NCBI RefSeq assembly: GCF_963921235.1
Contig: NC_086097.1
Coordinates: forward strand, 43,836,001 to 43,900,000
DNA length: 64,000 bases
Source of the DNA: Mobula hypostoma
Lineage: Eukaryota
Direction: 5' to 3'
A program made the translations under genes and the position numbers. This document shows positions 13,601-24,965 of this stretch, in pieces. The number at the start of each line of letters is the position of its first letter. The first letter of the stretch is position 1. Under the pieces are notes generated by a model. That model was given only the letters and a program-made list of their open reading frames with translations. It was not told the origin of the DNA and ran no database searches.

Positions 13601-13950
13601 CATCTCGCAGACATTCTACAAATTCTCTCTCTTGAGACCCAGTGCTGACCTGATTTTTCCAATCTACTCGCATGTTAAAATCCCCCACAATTATCATAAC
13701 ACTGCCCTTCTGACAAGCCTTTTCTATTTCCAGTTGTAATTTGTAGTCCACATCCCTGCAGCTGTTTGGAGGCCTATAAATAACTGCCATCAGGGTCCTT
13801 TTACCCCTGCTATTCCTTAGCTCAACCCATAAAGATTCTGCACCTTCCGATCCTATATCGCCTCTTTCTAATGTATTTGTTGACATGCCAAATCTCTTCA
13901 AACTCCTAATAAAGTATAGCCGCTGTCTTGCCTTCTTTATGACTACATCA
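10634..13950 (-). mobile_element. Rex1/Babar-like LINE 3' portion, split by the CR1 at 11211-13871
   Basis: (TTCTGA)n tail at 10634-10652; ORF 10872-11186 ...HPGHALFSLLPSGRRYRSLKAHT...NSFFP; continues at 13872-13950 as KKARQRLYFIRSLKRFGMST. Confidence 0.88.
11211..13871 (-). mobile_element. CR1 LINE, 5'-truncated in the APE domain, with 7-bp TSD
   Basis: APE motifs IYRPPN, GDFN, LDWVL, SDHNMI; RT motifs YLDFQKAFDKVPH, GVPQGSVLGP, KFADDTK; tail (agaccata)n; TSD tgtattt at 11204-11210 and 13872-13878. Confidence 0.96.
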
Positions 13951-14607
13951 AAGGCATTTAAAACCATTAGTACATGTGTAAGTAATGAATCCTATTAAAA
14001 TTATGAACATTTAAATGACAAACAGATATAATAAGAGGGAGGATTCCCCAGTTTTATTACTTGCAGTATCAGAATCCCCAGTGATATTGATGGGGCAGTT
14101 GGTCCTGATTTTAAGAGATGATCACCCAGCACAAGACTAGGGAATCTCCTGCAGGTGGAGTATCACTCCTAGACTTCACGCAGAGTCAGAAAAAAAAGAT
14201 AAATATTTACATTTATATGGCAACCCTCATGGCCTCTAGATTTCCTAAAGTAATAGCACCACTAGCAACTTGTATTAATGCTTTTTAATGCAAAAGAACT
14301 CTTTACAGCATTTATAGGTATATGATCAAAGAAAATAACTAGGAAACCCAAGAAGAGAATCGGAGATGGTCAAACACTTGGTATAACTAAGGTAAGTTTT
14401 GAGGAATATCTGAAAGGGGAAAGGAGAGATGGAGAAATTTTGGAGGCAGTTTTGGTATGTAATAATTTGACAACTAATATCAAAGATTCAAGATTGTTTA
14501 ATATCGTGTGCTGTATATAAGTGTAAGGAGAACAAAATAATTGTTACTAAAGGTACCTGCGATGGATTAAGTAAGTATGACGATGATAGACAACCAATAT
14601 TTTGGGG

Positions 14608-16520
14608 TAACACACACAGAATGCTGGAGGAACTCAGCAGGCCAGGCAGCATCCATGGAAGTAAATAAGACATTTCAGGCTGAGGCCCTGCTTCAGGACA
14701 GGAAATAAATAAAAAAATGGGAGGAGGGGAGGGAAGCTAGCTGGAAGGTGAAGTTAGGTGGGTAGGAAAGGCAAAGAGCTGGAGAAAGAAAGAATCTGAA
14801 AGGTGAGGAGAGTGGACTATAGGAGAAAGGGGAGGAGGAGGGGACCAAAGCAGAAGTGACAAGCAGGTAAAAAGAGGTAAACAGCCAGAGTGGGGAATAG
14901 AAGAAGAGGAAGAAAAAACAAAAAAAATTAACCTGAAGAAGAAATCCTGAAATATGTCATCAGGTTGGAGGCTTCCCAGATGATGTTGCTCCACCACCCA
15001 GCGTGGCCTCATCTTGGTGCAAGAGGAGTCTATGGACCAACATGTCAGAAAAGGAACGGGAATGGGAATTAAAATGTTTGGCCACTGGGAAGTTCCACTT
15101 TTAACAGATGAAGCAGAGCTGCACAATGAACTGGTCCCCCAATATACAATGGGTCTCACCAGCATAGAGGAGGCCCATCGAGAGCACTGGACTCAAAAGA
15201 TGACCCTGGCAGATTCACAGCTGAAGTGTTTGGGACCTTGAATGGAGGTGAGGGAGGATGGGAATGGGCAGATGTAACACTCAAAACATTTGCAGGGAAG
15301 AGTGCTGTGAGAGAGATTAGCGTGGAGGGGTGAATGAATGGACAAGGGAATCACGGAGGGGTTTCTGTGGAAAGCGGGTGGGGGGAGTGAATATATGCTT
15401 AGTGGTAGGATCCCTTTGGAGATGGTGGAAGTTGTGGAAGATGATGTGTTGGATGCTGGTGGTCAGTAAGGACAAGAGGAACTCTATCACTGCTAAGGCA
15501 GTGGGAAGATGGGGTGAGCACAGACGTCCAGGAAATGGAGGAGATGCGAGTGAGGGCTGTATCAACAGTGGAGGAAGGGGAACCCTGTTCTTTGAAGAAG
15601 GAGAATATTTCTGATGTCCTGGAAAAGAAAGCTGTTTCCTGGGAACAGATAGGGCAGAGGCAAAGGAACTGAGAAAAGGGAATGGCAGTTTTGCAGGAGA
15701 TCAGATGGGAAGAGGTATAGTGAAGATAACTGTGGGATCGGTAGGTTTAGAAAAGATGTCAGTTGACGGTTTGTCTCCAGAGATGGAGACAAAGAGATCA
15801 AGAAGGGGAGGGAGCTGTCAGAAACGAATCAAGTGAATTTAAGTGCAGGGTGGAAGTTAGAAGCAAATTTGATGAAATTGAAGAGCTCAACACGGGTGCA
15901 TGAAGCAGCACCAATGTAGTTGTTAATGTAGTGGAGGAAGAGTTGAAGAGTACTACCAGGGAAGGCTTCAAACATGGATTGCTTTTCTTAGCTAACATAG
16001 CTGGGGCCCACGTTGGTGTCTGTGGCTATGCTTCAAGTCTGGAGAAAGTGGAAGGAGCCAAAGGAAACATCGTTGAGGGTGAGGACCAGTTCCGCCAGAT
16101 GGAGGAGGGTGGTGGAAGGGGGAATGGATTGGTTCTTTTGTTAAGAAAAAAGTGGAGAGCTTTGAGGCCTTCTTGATGGGGGATAGAAATGTATAAACGC
16201 TGAATATGCATGGTGAAGATGAAGCAGTCAGAGCCAGGGAACTGAAAGTTACTGAGGAGATAGAGAGCATGAGAAGTGTCGCAGATGTAGGTGGGAAGGG
16301 ACTGAACCAGGGGCGATAGAATGGAATTGAGGTATGAGAACGTAAGTTCAGTGGGGCAGGAGCAGGCAGAGAGAATAGGCCTCACTGGAAAGTCAGACTT
16401 GTGGATCTTGGGTAGGAGGTAGAAGTGAGCAGTGTGGGGTGAGGAAACTATGAGTTGGGTGGCAGTGGATGGGAGTTCTCCAGAGCTGATGAGATCAGTT
16501 ATGGTGTCGGAGACAGTTTT
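14608..16520 (-). mobile_element. Degraded Penelope-like element (RT through GIY-YIG to terminus)
   Basis: ORF 16026-16523 FYLLPKIHKSDFPVRPILSACSCPTE...; ORF 15317-15565 HLQRDPTTKHIF; ORF 14737-15165 EQHH LGSLQPD; terminal motif at 14608-14700. Confidence 0.88.
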
Positions 16521-18239
16521 CAAAATTTTGTGGTGTCATAGGTCTGGCAAACTGACTGACAACGGTAATAGGTGCTTCAAGATCAAGTAATTTAAAATTG
16601 AAGAATTACTTAGCAAGGGACAATGTAGGTCAACAAACACCTGGGTGATAATTGTATAGCACTTGCTGTGAGTAAGGAACAGACATAAATAATCCATTAA
16701 TGCGATAATTAGAAATTGGTGAAATACTCTTCATGTATCGTTAATATTGTAATATAAGAAACTGGACAATGTAATGAGCAGAATAGATTCCTTCTATGAT
16801 TCTATCTACAGAAAGAAATCCACCCATAATACTGGTGACACAGTTGCTGCAAAGTGTCTCATCTATAAAATACACTACAGCTTTTCACTCAGGCTTTTCA
16901 CCACAAACCAATAAGGAGGAGGGCAGTAAGTGCATGGGAACATCTTCACCTGCAGGGTTCTCCCCAAGTAACTCATCACTCTGACTTATAAATACATCAG
17001 TTTCCTTCATCATGGCTGTGTCTGGGTTATGGAACTCTCTGCTAACCTTTACCAATACATTCTTGAGAGCAATTAGTGATGATCAATAAGCAGCAATGCC
17101 CAAATCCCAAAAATGAAAAAAAAGATTGTGTTTAAATATTTATTGTTTATAATGCACAAGGAAAATTCATTCTGACAGCTTTATTCCATAAAGCATAAAA
17201 TATCCAACTGTCTCAATTCAGCTATATAATTTAATAACATATAATTTTAATAATTTAAAATTATATTTCATAATTTAAGATTCATCAGCTTAATATGTGT
17301 TATGGTCCTGAAAATCTTTGGACTTTCCAGAATAGTAGCAGAACAAAGCATACTAATCTTAATCAGCATATTTTGCTGTCCACATGGTCTTTCGCTTCAA
17401 AGTAGATGTGGTTAGAGTGTAAATTTTCCAGTATAGTTTTCCTCAGTTATCATTTGGGATCAAAGATGCAAAATCAATGGAGGGTTTTCTTAAAAGACAA
17501 AAAAAATGCTTTCTTGAGAAGTGACATCAAGGATATGGAAAAAGGGGAAACATTGGGTCTTAATAGTGAGTTACAGATTGCTAAATAAATGGTAGAAGCA
17601 ACTTATTCAACAAAATGACCTATTTCCTATAATCATCTTTAAAACCATGGTTCATTGATTTGATGGCCAAGTATTTATTTTAACTAACAAAAACGTATAA
17701 AGCAAAATAAATTGTTATTCCAAGTATAGTGACACTTTAATAGTTGTTCCTTTCATTTCCAGTGTTGCATTAAAAGATAAATTGATGTCTGGCTACTTGG
17801 ACAATGATCTGAAATTTTTCGGTATTCATACATAAGACAGACAGGAATTTTGGGTCATTAAATGTGAAAAAGTTGTAACAGTGATATATTGCTGCCTTGG
17901 CCAGCTTTGCAAGTATAATTGGCACAGAATTATTGTTCCAACTTTAACTTCAATTTTCCTCCTGAAAAAAGTCATTGAAATTATTAAGCATTATTGAAAG
18001 AAGTTTAACAGCAAACTAAATCATTTATTATCGCTGACCAACTTCTTTCATAATTGTTGATTATTTTCCCTAATGTCCATGATAGGAGTCTAATAGGTCT
18101 TAAAGTAACAAAGATTAATCTATAAAAAGTATTTCATTCCTTGTTTGCTGCCATTTAGATTCCTCAAGCTGACTGGCAACTCAGCCATATTGGTCACGTA
18201 CAGCACACTCTCCTATAAATGGCACCAGTTTGAAATCTA

Positions 18240-18660
18240 CCCTCAGCGGCCACTTTATCAGGTACAGGAGGTACCTGTCAGCTTGAACCAGCTTGGCCAT
18301 TTTTCTCTGACCTCTCGCATTAATAAGGCATTTTTGCCTACAGAACTGCTGCTCACTGAATGTTTTTGTTTCTCACATCATTCTCTGTAAACTCTAGAGA
18401 CAGTTGTGCATGAAAATTCCAGGAGACCAGTAGTTTCTGAGATACTCAAACCACCCTGTCTGGCACCAACATTCATTGCCAGTCAAAGTCCCTTAAATCA
18501 CATTTCTTATCCATTCTGATGTTAGGTCCGAACAACAGCTGAACCTCTTGACCGTGTCTGCATGCTTTTACACATTGAGTTGCTGCTACATGATTGGCTG
18601 ATTAGATATTTGCAATAAGGAGCAGGTGTACAGGTGTACCTAATAAAGTGGCCCCTGAGA
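18240..18660. mobile_element. Tc1-like non-autonomous DNA transposon (MITE)
   Basis: Inverted termini ctcagcggccactttatcaggtaca / tgtacctaataaagtggcccctgag; internal sequence homologous to 24966-25513. Confidence 0.75.
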
Positions 18661-19031
18661 ATATGTTGAAATGATGGATATCAATGGGCAGAATTAATTT
18701 AGTTACTGGAGGCAGCTTTCAAGTCAGCAATGAGCAGGTGACCACAAAATCTAAGTCATTTCCTTTGTGTGCTGCAGGGATTGCTGCTGGGACCACTGTT
18801 GTTTGTCATCTATATTAAAAATTTGGATGAGGTGTAGTTGTCATGGTTACAAAGTTTGTGATAGAACACAGGGATGAAGGTTGTCTAAAGTTGCAACAGG
18901 GTTTAGATCAGCCGAGAAAGTTGTTCAATAAATAGCAGATAAAATTTAACTTGAACAATTGTGAAGTATTGTATTCCAAGAAGCTAAATCAGATCAGGAT
19001 TTACACAATAAGTGGCAGGGTCCTGCAAAGT

Positions 19032-19487
19032 TGAGTTGTCTGTCATCATAATGCCTTATGTATTCTCACGTACGGATGTGAGACGTGGACACTCACCAAG
19101 ACTATGTGAAAGTCTCTAGGTGGTTGCTATACATGAATGCTCCGGATGGCTCTTGACGTGAGTTGGCAACAGCACATGACGAACGTCGAGCTCTATGATG
19201 CTCACCACTAAAATCGAGGTGAGAAGACTGCAACTAGCGGGGCACTGTCTACGCCACCCCGAGCGACCTGCCAGCCTAGTCATCATATGGGAGCCCAAGC
19301 ACGGGAGGATGAACCCTGGACACCCTCCCAAGACTATGGTCAACATGCTCCTGGAAGACAGCGGCACGGCTAATGTAGATGAACTGAACACACTGATGAG
19401 GGAGAGGGAGAAGTGGAGAGTCCGTCATCGTGCCCGATGCCGGCCCCCTAGGCCTGAGTCGATGTAGTAGTAGTAGTAGTAGTAGTC
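19032..19487 (+). mobile_element. RTE-clade LINE 3' fragment
   Basis: ILTYGCETWTL, RRLQLAGHCLRH, GHPPKTM, REKWR motifs; (TAG)n tail 19465-19487; near-TSD gtcctg(c/g)aaagt at 19020-19031 and 19485-19496. Confidence 0.85.
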
Positions 19488-19563
19488 CTGGAAAGTGCTA
19501 TAGAACAGAGAGACCTAGGAGGACATCTATGCATTTCCTTGAAAGTGGCAACACAGGTATACA

Positions 19564-19734
19564 AACAAGAGAAAATCTGCAGATGCTGGAAATCCAAGCA
19601 ACAACACACAAAATGCTGGAGGAACTCAGCAGGCCATTCGGGACTGGCGAAGGGTCTCGGGCCGAAATGTCAACTGTACTGTTTTCCATGGATGCTGCCT
19701 GGCCTGCTGAGTTCCTCCTGCATTTTGTGCGTGT
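19564..19734. mobile_element. Palindromic mini Penelope insertion with 14-bp TSD
   Basis: Inverted Penelope termini; TSD aacacaggtataca at 19550-19563 and 19735-19748; decayed hammerhead ggcgaagggtctcgggccgaaatgtcaact. Confidence 0.85.
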
Positions 19735-20130
19735 AACACAGGTATACAGGTTGCTTAAGAAGTCATTTCACTCACTTGCCTTTATTGGTCAGGGCACTGA
19801 GTAGAAGAGTTGGGATGTCATCATATAACTGTATAAGACATTGGCGAGACCACACTTGGAATATCTGTTCTTGATCCCCAGTTATAGGAAAGATGTAATT
19901 AAGCTGGAAAGACTGTAGAAGAGATTCACTAGGATGTTAGAGAGCTGAGGAGATATAAGAAGAGATTAAATGGGTTGTGGCTTTTTTCTCTGCAGTGTAG
20001 GGAGCTGGGGGGTGACTTTATGGAGGTATATTAAATTATGAGGCTATAGTTAAAGTTAATGGCCACAGTCTCTTTTCCTAGAGTGGGATAGCCTGAAATC
20101 AGAGAGCATTGATTTAAGGGGAAAGATTTA

Positions 20131-20975
20131 CAGATGGCTTCTTTGTAATTTCATCAATATGTTGGGCCCAGGATAGATCTTCATAGATGTTGACACACAG
20201 GAACTTGAAACTGCTCACCCTTTCCACTGCTGATCTCTCGTTGTGTGTTCCCTCAAAAAACAGCAGCATGAAGTAGGCATTGCTATTGTCAGGATGACCC
20301 AAGCCAGTGAAATTGGATCTGCTCTAGACCTATTGTGGTGATAAGCAAAGTTGGGCAGAGTTGATTCTAGCCATGACCAACCTCTCAAAGCAGTTCATCA
20401 CAGCAGATGTGAGTGTCACTGGACGATAGTAATTGAGGCAGCTCACCTTGCTCTTCTCGGGGATTTGTGTGATTGTCTCGTTTTTGAAACAGTTGGGAAC
20501 CTACGTCTGCAGCAGTGAGATATTGAAGATGTCTTTGAACTCTCCCGCCAGCTGGTTGGCACAGGTTTTCAGAGCCCTACAAGTTACACCATCAGGGCCT
20601 GATGCCTTGTGAGTGTTCAACCACTTTAAAGGTGTTCTGATGTTGGCTCTGAGACAGAGATCATAGGGTCACCAGATGCTGCAGGGTTTTGCACAGATGT
20701 TTACTCTCCCTTGTATAGAAGGCGTTGAGCTCATCTGGGAATGAAAATCACAGCCATTCATGATGTTAAGTTTTGCTTTGTAGGAAGTAATGGCCATCAA
20801 CCCCTGCCAGAGTCTCTAACCTCAACTGGAATAGTTTTTTGCTCTTAAAATAGCCTGCCGTAGGTGGTGCTTGTGTGGTTCTGGATCACAGGTCTTGAAT
20901 GCCACAGATCTAGCCCTCAGGAGATTACAAATCTCCTGGTTCATCCACAGCTAGGCTTGGGCATGTCTGCTATGT
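20131..20975 (-). mobile_element. Degraded Rex1/Babar-like LINE fragment
   Basis: ORF 20114-20302 AVERVSSFKFLCVNIYEDLSWAQHID; upstream remnants resemble CANQLAG and CFERLVM. Confidence 0.7.
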
Positions 20976-21327
20976 TCTTGAACATACTGGCCATACCCAT
21001 CTAGGTTAGCAGGAATGTGGAATGAGCTGCCAAAGGAAGTGGTGAACATGGGTACATTACAATGGTCAAAAGACATCCGGATAGGATAGATACACGGATA
21101 GGATAGGTTTGGATGGAAATGGGCCAAAGGCAGGCAAAGGAGGCGAGTTTAAGATAGAAACTTAGTTAGCAAGAATCAGTTTGGCTCCAGGGCCTATTTT
21201 CATGCTGTATAACTGTTACACTCTGTCTATGACAAAATAATTGTCATATTATTTTCTATATTTGTAATTACTTCACTTTTCTTAAACTGATGGAAATGGA
21301 AATACCATGAACAATTAAAAAAAAAAT

Positions 21328-22160
21328 TTTATTACCTTAAACAGCTGTGATGTTTCTGCTGCTGGATTGTCGAGTCATCAGCCGGGTCCATCCGTCTTCA
21401 GACGTTTCATCCCCTAACCCGGGACATCCTCGGGATGGTGGGACAGCAGAAGGTGATCGGTCTTCTACCCCCGACGGTCAGACATCCAGCTACTGTTGTC
21501 CCTTCGCAGCCAAAGCCAACTGGAGGCTCTCTCTGCTGCCTGGGCCATGGTGTTAACGGCTCTTGTCCTGGTTCTCCCTTGTATCCCTAAAGCTGCCATC
21601 ATCTTCCAGCATGACATGGCCGGGAAATCCTCTTGCCCCCACTTCGACTGGGAAGTTCCACGTCTGCCAGCCTTGCCACCTGCAGTCCGCCACCAGGTCT
21701 TCGTACCTCGCAAGCTTCCTCTCATGAGCCTCTCGGCATCGGGTCTCCCATGGTACTGTTAGCTCTATCACCACGAGCTTCTTTGCACTCACTGACAATA
21801 GTAGAACGTCTGGTCGAAGTGTGGTCTCTACTATTGGTGGGAACACCAGCTTCTTTACAAGATCGACCTTCATCTCCCAATCCTTTGCCACGCTCAGGAT
21901 ACCGTTTCTACGCTTGTTTGTTGTGCAGCTTGTTCCCCGGTCCTGATGAAGTTGATGAAGTTTGGTTGGCTGTCCTTTTTGTGGTCCTTTTTCCTCTCTG
22001 TCTCCAAAGTGTGGGCGAGTGCTCTCAAAACCTGGTCGTGTCTCCATCTGTACCGACCCTGGGAAAGGGCAACCTGGCACGAGGAAAGAATATGCTCTAG
22101 GTTGGCTGCTTTCTGGCACAGATGGCACCTTGGATCTTCTGTTATTCCCCAGTTCCACAG
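21328..22160 (-). mobile_element. HERO-like non-LTR retrotransposon 3' end (CCHC zinc knuckle, restriction-like endonuclease, 3' UTR), frameshifted
   Basis: Minus-strand translation of ~22150-22000: PRCHLCQKAANLEHILSSCQVALSQGRYRWRHDQVL; ORF 21553-22158 LRPDVLL...IELTVPWE...AHERKLARYEDL...GWQTWNFPVEVGARGF; C-terminus AAERASSWLWLRR ends at 21465; AATAAA at 21333-21328. Confidence 0.9.
21364..21438 (-). ncRNA. Hammerhead-like RNA in non-circular (pseudoknotted) strand order in the HERO 3' UTR
   Basis: GGAUGU-C-CCGGGUU-AGGGGAU-GAA-ACGUCU-GAAGACGGAUG-GACCCGG-CUGAUGA-CUCGACAAUCC: stem I 7 bp, stem III 6 bp, intact core, GUC site; stem II unclear. Confidence 0.6.
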
Positions 22161-23510
22161 GTTTGTTGGAGTTGGTAATATATCAGTTAGAATCTACTTA
22201 CACTGGAATGATTTCTGTTGCACTTTATTTTATACAATTGTAGTAACGGAACTATAATAATGGAACTGCAATTTGATGTACCAGAAGTTGTCACATTCCT
22301 GATATATGAATGGCACTGCAACTTTATAGAGTTTTGTTTGAAGAAAGTTTTTTTTTGTTAAATTGGAATAGTTAGTACTGTGTCAACAAGCAACGTTTTG
22401 TTAAACAGATCTAGTGAAGTATATAAGTGGGAAGGTAATTATTCTGCATTTGTAGGCCTGTCCCATTTGTACCTGGCTTACTTTCCAGACTGCCCTTTGA
22501 AAATATGGTTTTCACTCATTTAGTGCCAGGTCAATGTGTCCTTAGACTTGGAACTGTGAATAAGAATGTGTGTGCAATATCCCCTTCCTAATCCTCTGTG
22601 ACTTATTAAATGATATTGGAACTAATTGGATGAAATACATGAAAGAGTGTTTGATGCATTTTCAATCAGAGTATCCAAGAAGAAGTTTACAAACCTCTCA
22701 GTAGGTAGAATCAATAATAGATCAAATTGTATAAGTGGGTGGCAGGAATTGATCTTTTATCTTTTTTTTATGTTCCACCGATTATTGGTCAAATTTCTAC
22801 AAGGTGAAGCCAGCAGCTTTGCATGAAATTGCTGCAATGCTCTCCTTGAATACCAACAAGTTTGGAATTATCATTCTTCAACAAACGTTAAATTTTTGAG
22901 CAACCAGACAGCCATTCAACAACTTTTATTGTGATTGCTCAGTTATGATTTGGCCATGATAGAGTTCAGTGTAGGAATGTGGAGCTGCAGCAATTCCTTG
23001 TCTTTTTGCTGGAAAATCCCCCGAATAACCTCCAAACCTGGTTAACAACTTCTTTCTTGGGCTAAAGTAATTGTTGGTAGGCTTAGATTAAAAAAAACCT
23101 ATTTGAATGCTCCACAAACAAAATGCTGGAGGAACTCAGCAGGTCAGGTAGCACCTATGGAAATGAATAAACAGTTGATATTTCAGGCTGAGGGTTCCTT
23201 GTTTACATTTTTAAATCACTTTTTATATTATGGCTATACTTAGTAGCTTCTAAATCTCTGAAATATTGAGTGTTTGGGTAAGTTAGCTAAGACAGGAGGA
23301 ATGCCTGGATGTATTCAGCTGTTCCTGTGAGTGAGTTTAGTTCTGATATCATGGCCATTCCTCCCCACAGGTGATGGGAGATTTGAGTGTGGAAGGTGCT
23401 GCTTCTGCTGCATGGGGCCTTGTCCTGAGGTCAGCACGTTCTCCGTAGAGAGGCTCAAGTGATCGAATGTAGGGAACCAACCAAAGGCTGGTTAATATGG
23501 TGAAGACTAA

Positions 23511-24031
23511 AACCTGATTTATACTTCTGCGTTAACTGGACGCTGTAACCTACGCAAGTAGCCTACGTGCGTTGTGAGCATTTATACTTGTGCGTTGGTG
23601 GGTGTGCGTCGCTCTGCAATTCGCGCTCATCACGCATGCGCACACAACTGCCTGTGCAAGGCTTCATGGTCATGGTAGTCTTTCGCGGGGTAAACAAGAC
23701 GCGAGTGTCTTTTTTCGTAAAAGCGAAATGTGTCCTCCATAATTTCGGAGGTCTATTAAGCTTTATGGAAAGCATTCCAGCCAGAGTTCCTTCCCTGCCC
23801 TTCAGTCGCCCAATGGGAAGCTATTGCAGTGTAGGAGGAAATGTGATGCTACCAAGCGGACCAATCACAGCTGTTGTATTCTGCGTTGCCGTGACGCGCG
23901 GTTACATTTTGGGAGAGGTGCACGTCGCGGCAACGCAGGCTCTGGCGTAGGTTTCTGCGTCGGCTTTGCGTAGGGTTTGCGGCGACACGGTACTTACGGT
24001 GACGCGTTGACGCAGAAGTACAAATCAGGCT
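23511..24031. mobile_element. PIF/Harbinger-type MITE
   Basis: TIRs aacctgatttatacttctgcgt / acgcagaagtacaaatcaggct; TAA target duplication at 23508-23510 and 24032-24034; CpG-rich, so likely young. Confidence 0.88.
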
Positions 24032-24965
24032 TAAGAGAGCACTTTCAGCTCCGTCAGCTTCCATTTGTTTCAGTGACACGGTAATCTCTAAAGACCAAAG
24101 TAGAAGGCAGGCAGCAAGCTGTCATAATTAGAGCAATCATAGAGACGTCCATCCATTCATTTTCACATATTCATATTTTTGATTATGATTCAAAATAAAC
24201 TATTAAAATTAATTGTAGACTCCAATTGATTTTTTTGGGATGACATGCAGTAACTAGTAAAATACCAGAGATCAGTGCTTGGGTCTCAGCTATTGATAAT
24301 AAATTGGATTTGGATGAGAGAACAGGATGTAATTTTTTTCAGCTTCGTCAGCAACACCTAGTTGAATGGAATTGTGAATTGTGAGGAGGATATAAAGGGA
24401 CATTATAAACCACGAGCTACCTGGACAACATGTTCTAAATATGTATGAAGAAACATAGATAATGGAGCAGGAGTAAGCCATTCAGCTCTTTGAACTATCC
24501 CACTTTTCATTATCATCATGCCTGCTCATCAATCTCGATATCGAAGTCCTGTGCTCCCCCCATCTGCTTGGTGCTCTCTGCACCCCTTGTTTCAGGCACC
24601 CTATAAGCAGTCTGTCATGGGTTTGAACTTTTGAATCAGATCCTCTCTCAATCTTCTGCAAGTGTGAAAGTAAACCCAGTTGAGTTAATCTCTAGACATA
24701 TGGCAGAATTTAGTCTGATGAACCTTCATTGGATTACTTCCATAGCAAGTATACACTTTAATTGGCAAAGGGTGTGGTCTCTCGATACCCTGTATAACAT
24801 ATAGCAAGATATCCTTGCACCCGTACGTAGGTTTTCTTGCTATTACAGTTGAAATACTATTTGTCTTCTTAACTGCTTGTTGCATCTCCATGTTTGCTTC
24901 CAGTAATTGGTGTACAAGAATACCCACGTGTCTTTGCATATGGACAACTCTGAATCTTTACATAG

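Larger units (their letters stand above)
18760..21225 (+). mobile_element. Old CR1 LINE fossil interrupted by three later insertions
   Basis: gtgtgctgcagggattgctgctgggaccactgttgtttgtc (VPQGSVLGPLLF-like) at ~18770; RPHLEY-like at ~19845; resumes at ~21000 with WNELPKEVV and a CR1 3' UTR. Confidence 0.75.

Noticed and set aside
13197..13967. 256-aa ORF as a novel gene
   Set aside because: Chimeric reading frame from a CR1 inserted into a Rex-like LINE, with a TSD at the junction.
21389..21408. Canonical type-II or minimal type-I hammerhead reading of GAAACGUCUGAAGACG
   Set aside because: The local hairpin is not followed by the required U-H, and the bases after GUC do not pair with those before CUGAUGA. 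Only the A-C-B arrangement gives full stems I and III.
23563..24079. CpG-rich ORFs or CpG island
   Set aside because: They lie inside a Harbinger MITE with TIRs and a TAA duplication, so the CpG content reflects element youth.
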